Source: Octopus vulgaris | Lineage: Eukaryota | Reading direction: 5' to 3' | Length of the DNA stretch: 64,000 nucleotides | Assembly: GCA_951406725.2 (NCBI GenBank) | Contig: OX597832.1 | Span: forward strand, 63,798,001 to 63,862,000 | Shown: in pieces, positions 1 to 12,408 of the stretch | Layout: every line of letters begins with the position of its first letter | How positions within the stretch are numbered: the first letter of the stretch is position 1 | Program-made: the position numbers and the translations under genes | The notes under the pieces: generated by a model | What the model was told of the DNA's origin: nothing | What the model saw: the letters and a program-made list of their open reading frames with translations, nothing else | Databases searched by the model: none

Positions 1-59
1 ATTATTTCCTCCTCAGCTATCCATTCTCTCTTATCTGTAAATATATCTTCACAACCCTC

Positions 60-63
60 TCCG

Positions 64-160
<97 letters not shown>

Positions 161-456
161 TATCTATCTATCTCTGCCTGTCTACCCACCTACCTACCTA
201 CCTACCTACCTACCTACCTACCTACCTACCTACCTACCTACCTACCTACCTACCTACCTACCTACCTACCTACCTACCTACCTACCTACCTACCTACCTA
301 CCTACATACCTACCTACCTACCTACCTACCTATATACCTACCTACCTACCTACCTACCTACCTACCTACCTACCTACCTACCTACCTACCTATATACCTA
401 CCTACCTACCTACCTACCTACATACATATATACCTATCTACCTACATATCTATCTA
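60..456. repeat. (TCTA)n/(CCTA)n compound microsatellite
   Basis: Directly visible tetranucleotide arrays. Confidence 0.97.
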
Positions 457-513
457 CATGCACTTCATATTTAAAAAAAAATTTTTCTTAGTCTTGTTTA
501 CACGCAAAACCCT

Positions 514-570
<57 letters not shown>

Positions 571-664
571 ACATTCTTTGTTTTGTCCTGTGCTGTCCAT
601 AATGTTTCTCTTCATGTAAAGCCTTCCGGTTAATAAAGAATTAATTATTATTATTATCGTCATC

Positions 665-1027
665 AAAGAAGTCGAGGGTGGAGAGGGAAGTGTTGCCTTG
701 TAAGTTTGTTGAAAAGTGGAGTTAGGCGATCTTCCGTTTTAGATTGCCGGCGGGTGAATGTTGGAAGAATGGCCAGTGTGAAAGGACCAATTCTGAGCAT
801 GCATCTGTAAAAGAAAGAAGGGCTCTTGCCCTGTTATTCAAGCACCATTGGCTTTTCTGGGGTTTTCCACGAGGACCTTAAAGCGCCTCCCCGGTTGTGA
901 ATTTTAGTTTTCCCAATTATTATTATTACGTTGTGTACGCGCGAAAACCCATTGTATCGTCCTGTTTTTGTCTTTTATGTTGTATGTCAATTAATGTTTT
1001 GTATGTGAGCTCTTGTGGCTAAAAAGA
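665..1027 (+). mobile_element. 3' remnant of a Tx1/L1-clade LINE (ORF2 C-terminus plus 3' UTR)
   Basis: Translates to KKSRVEREVLP..F...RRVNVGRMASVKGPILSMHL*, matching the C-terminus KTKVRIERQVLS..F...RWVNVAKMVRASDETTLSMIV* of the LINE at 2523-5143. Ends TTGTGGCTAAAAAGA, like that LINE's TGTGGCCAATAAAGA. Confidence 0.7.
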
Positions 1028-1845
1028 GAGTATTATTTTCTGATAATCTCTTTGATATACACACAAATTTCCAACGCTTCCTCACGTGAATTCTCCTTTC
1101 TCTTCGTTCCATCTTTAATCCCTAATGCACTCAATCAATCTCTCTCACTCACTCTCTCTCTCTCTCTCACGCACACTCTCTTAAATCTCTCTCTCTCTCT
1201 CTCTGTCTCCTTTCCTTACAACTTTATTGTCTACATCTTCCTCTTCTCTTCAATAACCACCACCACCACCACCACCACCTCCACCTTCATCCTTCTGTTT
1301 GCCACCCCTTCGCTACAACCTCCCCCATCTTCATTACGTTTATCCTCCCCTTCCTGCGATCCCTGTTTCCCTCTCTAATTCTCATGTATTCCTTCCACAA
1401 CCACCCCCAACCACCTTTCTTTCCTCCCCCACTCCTCCTTCCACTCATCATCATTACGCTCAGCCGCCCCTTTCCTCGATCCCTGTACCCTTCCCTCGTT
1501 CTCGTCTATTCCTTCAGCCCCTCCCCCCACTACCAACATCTCCACTCTCGTCGTCCTCCACCTCTTCCTACTCTTCTCCTCCTCCCTCGTCCGCACTTGC
1601 ACTCCGTTACTTAAAGTACGTCTTTATCGTCTGCTACTGCTTGTTCGTCGATCATCATCATCATCATCATCATCAGTGCCATTATCATCGCCATCATCAG
1701 TGTCATCACTATCATCATCATGACCCTCGTTATTACTATCACCATCATCACCATCCTCATCATCGTCTTTATTATCGACTGTATTAGCAGCTGTTGCTGC
1801 AGGAGTTATCGATATTGTGTATGTATGTGTATGATAGCCACGCGA

Positions 1846-1921
<76 letters not shown>

Positions 1922-1974
1922 TTGTATGTGCAATATATATACATACGCACACATGCAAACACAGTAATCTTTTA

Positions 1975-2296
1975 TCTTTTTTTTACTTGTTTCAGTCAGA
2001 CTGTGGCCATGCTGGGGCACCACCTTGAAAAATTTTTTTCTTAAGCCTGGTACTTATTCTATCGATCATTTTTGCTGAACCGCTACGTTACGGGGACATA
2101 AACACACCAACACCAGTTGTTAAGCGATGATGAGGGCACACGCACACATGCACGTGCGCGCGCGCGACGGGATTCTTTTAGTTTCCGTCTACCAAATCCA
2201 CTCACAAGGCTTTGGTTGGCCCGAGGCTATAGCAGAAGACACTTGCCATGCAGTGGGACTGAACCCGGGACCATGTGGTTGGGAAGCAAGCTTGTC
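1975..2296 (-). mobile_element. tRNA-headed CORE-like SINE (family A)
   Basis: Recurrent element: head GCTTCCCAACCACATGGT..GGGTTCAGTCCC, central GGCAAGTGTCTTCT, tail CCAGCATGGCCACAGTC..ACTGAAACAAGTAAA. More than 10 copies or fragments in the window. Confidence 0.85.
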
Positions 2297-2522
2297 TAAT
2301 TGTTTAACATATGTGGGTGTTATTGTAAACATTGATCTAAACATTCTCTAAATCTTTGTCCCATTTTGACCCTCTTATAAGCTAAACCCTGTCCATTTTT
2401 TTCTGATTGACCCAGCATTGCGAAACTTGCAAGTGATTGACTGTCTGTCTGTCTGTCTACCAATCTACCTGTCTTTCTATCTGTCTACCTGTCTGTCTAT
2501 CTACCTGTCTATCTACCCATCT

Positions 2523-5143
2523 AATGGCACCCGTCAATGCTCTCTAAGAGTTAAGAAATTAGAAGAGGCACTTAGAACTGGCATCGCGTCCAACGTACTG
2601 GCAGCGAGGTTGGCCCTCGACCAACACCTCAACGCCAAACACGAAGGAATCGTTGTCAGAGCTAGGATGCGTACTCTGAGGAGTTGGAGTCACCCGAGAG
2701 GCCCGAGTGGCGGAGGTACAACGAGGCAACAGAGCCACCATTAGGTCACTTACAGATGAACAGGGGCGCGAATTACTCGAGCCCGAAAGGATATGTGTGG
2801 CCTTTCAACAACACTTTGCCCGACTGTTTGGGACAACTGGTGGGTCAGAACGCAGAGTGACTTTAGTGCCTACCTGCATAGCCTGCCACGACTCTCACCA
2901 AGTGAGGCGGAGTGTTGTGAAAGACCCATCACAGCCGCGGACGTGCGGGATGCGATGACAGGCTGCGCGAGAGAGAAGTCACAGGCTTGGATGGTCTGCC
3001 CTACAAACTTTATTGTTATATGCCAGACTTGTTTGGAGGCGTCTTGACAGCTGTCTACTGCAACTGGCAGCAAAACGGGAGTATCCCTGTTTTTGTAAAG
3101 CGAGGAGCAGTGGCACTGCTAAAGAAAGATCCAAACAAGGGGAACGTCATAGATAAATTCAGGCCCATCACTCTGCTCAACGCAGATTTGAAAATTTTGG
3201 CCAAGGGGGTTAGCCGAGAGGTTGGCGCTTGTCATCGAGAAACTAGTCGACAAGGCTCAAACGTGCACCGTGCCGGGTAGGAGTATCCATGACAACCTCC
3301 ATCTGATGTGCTACATCATAGACAAGGTAGTTAAGGATCCTGGCATGGGTGGGGCGCTGATCAATTTGGATTAATCAAAAGCCTTCGATAGAGTAGACCA
3401 TCACTACTTGGAGGCTGTCCTTATAGCGGCTGGTTTCGGTCCCATCTTCCGCGGTTGGATCGCAGCCTTATACAGCGGCATCCGCTCGGTACTTCGCGTA
3501 AATGGTCATCTATCCAGACCATTTAACATCATGCGTTCGGTTCGTCAAGGATGCCCCTCCTCATCGCTTCTGTATATATTGACTCTTGAGCCACTACTGC
3601 GGAAGCTGGCGACGATGAGGGGCATCCCACGAGAGCTAGGATGCGGGAGGAGCGTGTCTATATACGCGGACGACGTCACCGTCATAGTGTCGAGCCACAA
3701 GCACATCGACTGGTCGGTGAGACACTAAAAGAACTGGGACGAAATAACGACAGGGCCACTCTCACCCAGCAACGGGACGAGAGGAAGCTATCCCTAAAAG
3801 GTCGGGCGGAGGTAGTGAACGCGTACATCGTATCCGTTATTGAGTACCGTCTGACCGTCGTGCCTTGTCCCGACCCTACCATCACCAAACTGGAACGCAT
3901 ACTCTTCCGCTTCTTGTGGAAGGGAAGCGTTCCGATGGTTAGGAGATCCATTTGCTGTCAACACCCGCTAAATGGAGGGCTAGGCATGGCGAGGTTGATG
4001 ATGCGTAGACATGCGCTGATACTGCGACATTTTCGGCGCTTCATAGACGATGGTGAACAGCTGTGGTCGCCGTTTGGGCGGCGCGCTTTCCCGCAGCTCG
4101 TCTCCTTGGTCGACCTGCAGTCGTGGATCAAACAGAGACCGAGGCTAGGCGAATGGCACCGCGAGTGTCGCGTTGCCCTGAAGCTACTCTGCCGTCCGTT
4201 ACCAAACTTGTGCGACTTCATTACAACAAAGGTGTTCTATAGAGGATTAGTGGAGGGGCGGTGTGACGACGTTCTCGGGCAGAATCTGGGCGTCGACGAG
4301 GAACACCTGACCCGCCTATTGAGGACAACTTTCGGGCCGGGACCTATGGACAAACACCAAAGATCCCTGGCCTGGCAGTGCTATCGAGAAGCATTACTTG
4401 TTCGGGATAAGCTCTATAGGCACGGTTCGAGACACACCGGGCCGACTTGCCCAAGATGCGGTCAGAGCGACGAAACCGTTCTGCACGCACTTGAGCAGTG
4501 TCCAACCATTTCAGACCTGTGTGCTTATACCGAACAGCTGTTGTCACGTGTGGGACGAGTCCGCCTGTCGGCCGAGTCTATCGTGACTATTGCTCCTCCA
4601 CCTTCCCTCAACCAGGAAAGCAAAGCAGTCTTCGTCGTACTGGCGGCCATGGTGAAAGAATGCGTGTGGTGTACTCGAGCGAAAGGATTAGAGACAAACA
4701 CTTACCTATCTGGCCAATCGCTCAATTTTTTCAAGTACCACTTGAAAACGAAGGTGAGAATAGAGAGACAGGTTTTGTCACGTGAAAGCTTCAAAAAAAA
4801 AAAAAAAAGGTGGGTGAATGTAGCAAAGATGGTGCGTGCGAGCGACGAAACCACTTTGAGCATGATCGTGTAAATCGAAAAAAAGAGAGGGAGAGTTTTT
4901 TGCTCTCATGTGTTTATCCCTTTCTTTCCACGGATAAACCTAATCTTGCTTTTTACATTTTAAAAATTTCTTCTGTAATACACGATCCCTTTTGATCACC
5001 TTTTTTTTTTTACCCCGATCTCTTTTGATCGGAATTTTACTTTCTTTTCTGTTTTTTCCCCTTTTCTCTTTCATTTTCGAAAAGAAAAGCCCTACATTTG
5101 TATTTGTCCCCTCTGTTCAGCCCTGTGTGGCCAATAAAGAAAT
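2523..5143 (+). mobile_element. 5'-truncated, frameshifted Tx1/L1-clade non-LTR retrotransposon (ORF2 reverse transcriptase plus CCHC knuckle)
   Basis: RT motifs across frames: DGLPYKLY, FRPITLLNADLKILAK, D*SKAFDRVDH, SVRQGCP..LLY, YADD. C-terminal CPRCGQSDETVLHALEQC, stop at 4873, T-rich 3' UTR ending AATAAAGAAAT. Apparent internal deletion shortly after YADD. Confidence 0.93.
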
Positions 5144-5203
5144 CTATCTATCTATCTACCTACTTACCTACCTACTTACCTACCAACTTACCTACCTACC
5201 TAC

Positions 5204-5278
<75 letters not shown>

Positions 5279-5383
5279 CCTACCTATCTGTCTACCTATC
5301 TGTCTACCTATCTACCTATCTACCTACCTATCTACCTATCTACCTACCTATCTACCTACATATCTACCTACCTACCTACCTAC

Positions 5384-5445
<62 letters not shown>
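5144..5445. repeat. (TCTA)n/(CCTA)n microsatellite flanking the LINE 3' end
   Basis: Directly visible; the same repeat type lies at 2440-2522 on the 5' side. Confidence 0.95.
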
Positions 5446-5939
5446 CTGACTGCCTGTCTTTATATCCTCCCTCTCTCTATCATCTCTCTCTTTACCCCTC
5501 TCCCTCTCTTTATCCCCTCTCTCTCTCGTTACACCCCTCTCTTTACACCCTCTCCTTCTCTTTACCCTCTCTCTCTTTGCCCCCTCTCTCTCTTTCTATC
5601 CATCCGTCCGTCCATCCGTCCATCCGTCCATTCATTCATTCGTTCTAAGTTAAATAGCTAAGGTGTCTGCAAGAAAGAAACAAGCAAGCAAAAAACCCAA
5701 CATAATGTGCTTGAGGGAGGGTAGGATTTCTAATTTTACATTAGAAAGTTTACAGAGCGCGCGCGCACACACACTTACACACATACACACACACACGCAC
5801 ATGTGTCTCGTGTATCACTTAAAGGACTTATTCTCAACGCAAGTAACTATGAACGGGATAATTTCATTTAAGAGAAGTGTATGATACATAATATAAAGCG
5901 TCCCATCCTTATAAGGCGTCATATATATATATATTTTTA

Positions 5940-6336
5940 GTCTTTTATTTGTTTCAGTCATTTGACTGCGGCCAAGCTGGATCACCGCCTTTAGTCGAGC
6001 AAATCGTCACCAGGACTTACTGTTTGTAAGCCTAATACTTATTCTATCGGTCACTTTTGCCTAACCGCTAAGTTACGGGGGCGTAAACACACTACCATCA
6101 GTTGTCAAGCGATGTTGGAGAGACAAATACTGACACACACATACACACACACTCGCGCACACACAAGTACATATACGACTGGCCTCTTTCAGTTTCCGTC
6201 TACCAAATCCACTCACAAAGCTTTGGTCAGCCCGTGGCTATAGTAGAAGACACTTGCCCAAGGTACCATGCAGTGGGAATGGACCCGGAACCATGTGGTT
6301 GGGAAGCGAGCTTCTCACGACACAACCTTTCCTGCG

Positions 6337-6338
<2 letters not shown>
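5940..6338 (-). mobile_element. SINE family A copy
   Basis: Full-length match to the other family A copies, including the internal (CA)n. Confidence 0.85.
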
Positions 6339-6375
<37 letters not shown>

Positions 6376-6462
6376 AAATACATATTAAGTACAGGACATC
6401 ACCAACGAGCGAAAAATACGTAAACACACAACCGGAGACAAATACGGGACAAAATACCAAAA

Positions 6463-6531
6463 GAAGTCTAACTTCTCTTCAGTTGTCGATCGTTTATTAC
6501 CATCTGTTTCGTGCTGTTAACGACAAGACAG
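6463..6531 (-). ncRNA. Candidate non-circularly permuted hammerhead ribozyme in a PLE-like fragment
   Basis: Minus strand reads CUGU-C-UUGUCG...C-GAAA-CAG...CGACAA-CUGAAGA-G. Stem III ACAG/CUGU, stem I UUGUCG/CGACAA, GUC triplet. Stem II is weak (only the G-C pair). Confidence 0.5.
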
Positions 6532-7013
6532 GAAAAATTCATAAGACAGCAGCATCCAGAAATTTTAGAAATATAAAATTTGTGGAGATTTAGGGCTTTG
6601 AACGAACAAACGACACAAGAGTGGACGTACGGAAGCGATCGACGAAAACAGACGTTTAGGATTGTGAGGCCAAGACGAATTGTAATGGGTAACGCCCGGG
6701 AGAAATTTTGAAAGGATATAGAATAAGTAGAAGAGAGAAAAAAAAAAAGATATCGAGAGGCGAGAAAAATGACGTCCGGTTATATGGACGTTAAAAAAAT
6801 CATTTCACTAATTGAAATCCATATAACTACGATTATTTCGTAGCCTTTATCATATAAAAACAATTTATTTGAGGGTATAATAAATTATTTTACTTGCCTC
6901 TATTAATGTATATAATATAAATTACATAATACAGTTGCATAATTTATAAATTACTATTGATAAAAAAAGTGCCACTGGATTAGTTAAATCCATATATATA
7001 TGTGTATATGTAA

Positions 7014-7345
7014 GGCGCATGGTTCAGTGGTTACAGCGTCGGACTCACAATAATGAAGTAGTGAGTTCGATTCCTGGACCGGACAGTGTGTTGTTTTCTT
7101 GAGCAAAACCCTTTATCCCACGTTGCCCCAGTTCACTCATCTATAGAAATGAGTTGCGACGTCACTGATACCAAGCTGTATTAGCTCCTTTGCTTTCCCT
7201 TGGATAACATCATTGGCGTGAAGAGGGGAGGCTGGTATGCATGGGCCATTGCTGGTCTTCCGTAAACAACCTTGTCCGGACTTGTGTCTTGAAGGGGAAC
7301 TTTCTAGGTGCAATCCCATGGTCATTCACCACCGAAGGAGGTCTT
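7014..7345 (+). mobile_element. tRNA-headed SINE family C (V-domain-like)
   Basis: A box TGGTTCAGTGG, B box GTTCGATTCC, central TTGAGCAAAACCCTTTAT...CCAGTTCACTCA. Related copies at about 7560-7790, 22757-22850 and 57505-57825. Confidence 0.75.
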
Positions 7346-7363
7346 AATATCTATGCATATATG

Positions 7364-7504
7364 CAGGCGCGGTCCCAGGAATTTTTCGAAGGGAGTGCAC
7401 AAGGTCAGAAAGGAATACAATTCCCGGAGAAAAGGGCATAATAGAAGGGCGCACTTTTCTTGAGGGGACCACGTTCCCCTCAGCTCCCTTTTGGTTCGTC
7501 CCTG
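7364..7504. mobile_element. Degenerate MITE (PIF/Harbinger- or hAT-like ends)
   Basis: CAGGCGCGGTCCCAGG ... TTGGTTCGTCCCTG imperfect terminal inverted repeats, about 140 bp. Confidence 0.5.
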
Positions 7505-7919
7505 GTATTTGTCTATATGTTTATGTGTGTGTGTGAATTTCTAAATGTTCGCTGGTGAAGGGGCGTGGCTTACTGGTTAGGGTTTACGGTTCCCGAGCTT
7601 TATTTTACTTTGCTCCAGCTGGCAAAAAAGAGTTGCACCTTGTCGCATTCTGTGTCACGCTGAATCTTCCCGAGAACTACGTCAAGGATATGTGTGTCTG
7701 TGGAATACTCAACCATTTGTTGGTTAATTCCAACGGCTGTTCTGTTGAACGGATCAGTTGCAACACATATCGTCAGGATCGACGGAGTGCTAGTACAGTG
7801 TGTGTGTGTGTGTGTGTATGTATGCGTACGTGCTCGTATATGCGAGCATGTGCGTGTGTGTGTGTGTGTGTGTGTGTATGCGTGTGTGTATGCATGTATG
7901 TATGTATATGCTTATATTT

Positions 7920-8116
7920 TATTTTATTGGTTTCAGTCATTTGACTGTGGCCATGCTGGAGCACTGCCTTTAGTCGAACAAATCGACTCCAGGACTTATT
8001 TTCTGTAAACCTATTACTTATTCTATCGGTCTCTTTTTGCCGAACCGCTAAGTTAGGGAGACGTAAACACACCAACATCAGTTGTCAAGCGATGTTGGGG
8101 GGACAAACACAGACTC

Positions 8117-8179
<63 letters not shown>

Positions 8180-8321
8180 TACTTGGAGGATAAGAAACGA
8201 TGCGAGGCGCTCAGTCATATAATAACAATTTTACAAATAAAACATATGCATACATACATACATATATGTACATAGATGTAGGTCTGTACATATATGTATG
8301 TATGTATGCATATGTTTTATT

Positions 8322-8363
<42 letters not shown>

Positions 8364-8516
8364 GATAGGTTTCTTCCAGCTTCCGTCTACCATATCCATT
8401 CACAAGACTTTTGTCGGCCCGTGGCTATAGTCGAAGACAGTTGCCCAAGGTGCCTCGCAGTGAGACTGAACCCGGAAGTATGTGGTTGAGAAGCAAGCTT
8501 CTTAGCACACAACCAC
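7920..8516 (-). mobile_element. SINE family A copy interrupted by (TA)n and a PLE-like fold-back fragment (8176-8326)
   Basis: The SINE halves resume on either side of the insert. Confidence 0.8.
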
Positions 8517-8735
8517 TGTGTAAAATATATCTTGTTTGCGCTTGCCGTTTTGTGCCTATATTCGTTTGTCATCGTTTGACAACCGGTGTCGGTTTGTTTA
8601 CGTCCATGTCTGCTTGTAGTTCAGCAAAAACGGATCGACAGAACAAATGCCATTGCTTAAAATAAGTACGGGAATCGGCTTGATTGGTCAAAACCTTCCA
8701 GTGAATAAAACCACACGCAAACAACAAAAGAATGA

Positions 8736-8792
<57 letters not shown>

Positions 8793-9313
8793 TGAATCGC
8801 AGGATGTGTTTCTTGTCAGTTGTAGCTGTTGCTACTGTGGTTATCGATATTGTTTATGATGTGTGGACGTGTATGTACGTGTCGGTGAGGGTCGGCTGAC
8901 GTCATATCGAATATTTTGTCTGGATCTGAACTTTTGTGAAATTGTTAGAGGGAAGAATCGGAAAAGAACAAAGCGGAGAGAGAGAGAGAGAGAGAGAGAG
9001 GGGGTGGGGGAAGGCAAGGGAGATAAAAGAGACAGAAAGAATTTCAGATGGACGTGAAAAAGAAAATGAAAGAAAGGAAGGAATGATAAATAAACACAGA
9101 AAATAAGGTAAGAAATAGAAGGGAGAGAGAAAGAGAGATGGTTTAGAAATACTAAGAAAAGAGAGAGAGGGAGAGAGAATATATATGAGTGGTGTTAAAT
9201 AGAGAAGTGATATAGGAGGAAGAGAAAATGAGAGATAGGGAGAGGAGAGTGAGTTGGGTGAGAGGTGACGAGAATAGGTAGTACGAGAAAGAGAGAGGAG
9301 GGAGAGTTGAATT

Positions 9314-9362
<49 letters not shown>

Positions 9363-9393
9363 CATATATATATATACGCACACAAACAAAAGG

Positions 9394-9619
9394 AAGAGAA
9401 GGAAGTAGACGAAAGAAGAAATGCGGTTGAGAAAAAGAGGCAACGAAGAAAAAGAAAAATCTGTGTGTATGTATGTATATAATCGTGTGTATACATGAAT
9501 ATGTTGAAATATTTTTGACCAATTCAACAGGGTCAAATAAATTATGCGTGATTTTGAAGACTCCATCATTGATGTGGCTGAAAATCCATTCTTTGGCAAG
9601 ATTTATAAAAGCCAGTTAG

Positions 9620-9658
<39 letters not shown>

Positions 9659-9779
9659 ATACTCACACATGCATGCACACACACACACACGTTCTCTTGC
9701 GCACACATGGATAATCCCTCAAACACGCATAGACTTGCACACACCATTCACTCTGTCTCCCTCTCACACACACACAACA

Positions 9780-9857
<78 letters not shown>

Positions 9858-10044
9858 TCAACTATTCCTTGACAACAAGAAGTTATGTTGATCTAAGATC
9901 GATCCTCTCAGAATAGTGGTTGGAAATCAATTTTCTGGATGGCGCAACATGTCCTTCGTACGAACATCTCTTCCAACAACTGGAGAGATAGCTTCAAGGC
10001 TCCAGAAACGTTGATTGAGTTTTCTAATCTTTGCCTTTCAACGA

Positions 10045-10131
<87 letters not shown>
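9394..10131 (+). repeat. Segment X, duplicated at 17574-18404
   Basis: Near-identical unique sequence with a few substitutions and different microsatellite lengths. Confidence 0.95.
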
Positions 10132-10134
<3 letters not shown>

Positions 10135-10137
10135 TTA

Positions 10138-10325
10138 GTCTTTTACTTGTTTCAGTCATTTTGACTGTGGCCATGCTGGAGTACCGCCTTTCAGTCGAAA
10201 AAATCGACCCCAGGACTTATTCTTTGTAAGCCTAGTACTTAATCTATCGGTCTCTTTTGCCGAACCGCTAAGTTACGGGGACATAAACACAACAACATCG
10301 ATTGTCAAGCAGCGGTGAGGGGGGA

Positions 10326-10386
<61 letters not shown>

Positions 10387-10785
10387 GCACGCACACATAC
10401 AACAACATACATATATACGACAAGCTACTTTCAGTTTCCATCTACCAAATCCAGTTTTGTTCGGCCTGAAGCTATTGTAGAAGACACTTGCTCAAGGTAC
10501 CACGCAGTGGGACTGAACCCGGAACTATGTGGTTGGGAAGCATACACTCATTGGGCTTCAGCCATGCTGGGGCACGATTTGAACGGTTTATAATCAGACA
10601 AATCGACCCCATTGCTTATTTTTTTTAAGGCAGGTACTTATTCTGTCTGTTTCTTTTGCCGAACCGCTAAGTTACGAGGACATAAACAAACCAACACCGG
10701 GGTTATAGTAGAGACTTTCCCAAAGTGCTGGGCGACAGGACTGAATTCAGAACCACTTGGTTGCATATTAACCTTAAGTACACAG

Positions 10786-10788
<3 letters not shown>
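10138..10788 (-). mobile_element. SINE family A copy plus an adjacent partial copy
   Basis: Family A head, core and tail motifs. Confidence 0.8.
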
Positions 10789-10857
<69 letters not shown>

Positions 10858-10861
<4 letters not shown>

Positions 10862-11040
10862 GTATGCATGTATAGGTCATGGGGGACAAACACATACACA
10901 CACACACATATGTATGCATGTATAGGTCAAGGGGGACAAACACACACACACACACACACACATATGTATGCATGTATAGGTCATGGGGGACAAACACATA
11001 CACACACACACATATGTATGCATGTATAGGTCAAGGGGGA

Positions 11041-11089
<49 letters not shown>
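10858..11089. repeat. About 58-60 bp tandem repeat x4 (ATATGTATGCATGTATAGGTCAWGGGGGACAAAC(AC)n)
   Basis: Directly visible units. Confidence 0.9.
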
Positions 11090-11091
<2 letters not shown>

Positions 11092-11263
11092 GGTATTTTT
11101 ATATAAGCTTAAAGCTTATGGCGATCACCGTGCAATAATTAAGGAAAATAGTCTAACAAGCCTTCTTTCTGCTGTCGAGGGCTTATATGCCCCCTTATTA
11201 GACTATATCCTTAGTCATTGCATGGTGATCGCCATAAGCTTTAAGCTTATATAAAAATACCAT
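11090..11263. repeat. Fold-back inverted repeat, arms of about 70 bp (11090-11160 / 11194-11263)
   Basis: ATGGTATTTTTATATAAGCTTAAAGCTTATGGCGATCACC... and its reverse complement. Confidence 0.9.
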
Positions 11264-11795
11264 TATTATTATTTACAGGATTGTAAATCACGGCGCCGAA
11301 ATAAAAAAAAAGCATTCGCATCGAAAGTATATATATATATACACACACATACACATATACGCAGGGCTTCTAAACTATTTCTGTCTAACAAATCTACTCA
11401 CAAGGTTTTGGTCGACCCCTGGGCCGAAGCTGCGTGCAGCTGGACTGGACCCAAGACCACATGGTTAGGAAGCAATCTTCTTCCACCATACAGCCATATC
11501 TTTCACCTGTAAGTATGTAGAGACATACTTACGAGTACGTGGATCGCAGGCGTGGATAGCATTACATATGTGGAGCACATTACGTGCTAAACTCTACGAA
11601 TGCTTTACATATTTTGACAGTATCTATAAGGCGTGTTCTTTTTGGTTTTTATGAATCCGTGTTTCTTAATCTGATGCAGACAGAATTAGTCATGTGGACT
11701 AATGTTCCAATAATTATTGGCAGAAATCTAAAATCATTGACCGGAGAGAATAACTGTAGATGTCTCATCGGTTCGTCATAGATACGTATGTTTGT

Positions 11796-12408
11796 AAGGC
11801 GGCGAACTGGCAGAAACGTTAGCACGCCGGGCGAAATGCGTAGCCGTATTTCGTCTGCCATTACGTTCTGAGTTCAAATTCTGCTGAGGTCGATTTTGCC
11901 TTTCATCCTTTCTGGGTCGATGAATTAAGTACCAGTTACGCACTGGGGTCGATATAATCGACTTAATCCGTTTGTCTATCTTTGTTTGTCCTCTCTGTGT
12001 TTAGCCCATTGTGGGTAGTAAAGAAATAGGTATTTCGTCTGCCGTTACATTCTGAGTTCAAATCCCGCCGAGGCCGACTTTGCCTGTCATCCTTTCGGGG
12101 TCGATAAATTAAGTACCAGCTACGCACTGGGGTCGATCTAATCGACTTAATCCGTTTGTCTGTCCTTGTTTGTCCCCTCTATGTTTAGCCTCTTGTGGGC
12201 AATAAACAAATAAGAAGCGTTAGCACGTCGGGCGAAATGCGTTGAAGTATTTCGTCTGCCGTTACGTTCTGAGTTCAAATTCCGCCGAGGTCAACTTTGC
12301 CTTTCATCCTTTCTGGGTCGATAAATTAAGTACCAGTTGCGTACTGGGGTCGATCTAATCGACTGGACCCCCCCCCAAATATCGGGCCTTGTGCCTAGAG
12401 TAGAAAAA
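11796..12408 (+). mobile_element. SINE family B, three-unit tandem array
   Basis: Head AAGGCGGCGARCTGGCAGAAACGTTAGC, B box GAGTTCAAATTC, repeated core GACTTTGCCTTTCATCCTTTCGGGGTCGATAAATTAAGTACCAG. Internal units end in the LINE-like tail; the last ends GGGCCTTGTGCCTAGAGTAGAAAA. Confidence 0.88.

Noticed and set aside
1013-2044. Pro/His/Asp-rich ORFs
   Set aside because: Translations of (CCT)n, (CAT)n and (TG)n low-complexity DNA; open in several frames with no domain signal
3641-4873. 410-aa ORF as a functional host gene
   Set aside because: It is the C-terminal part of a frameshifted, truncated LINE ORF2
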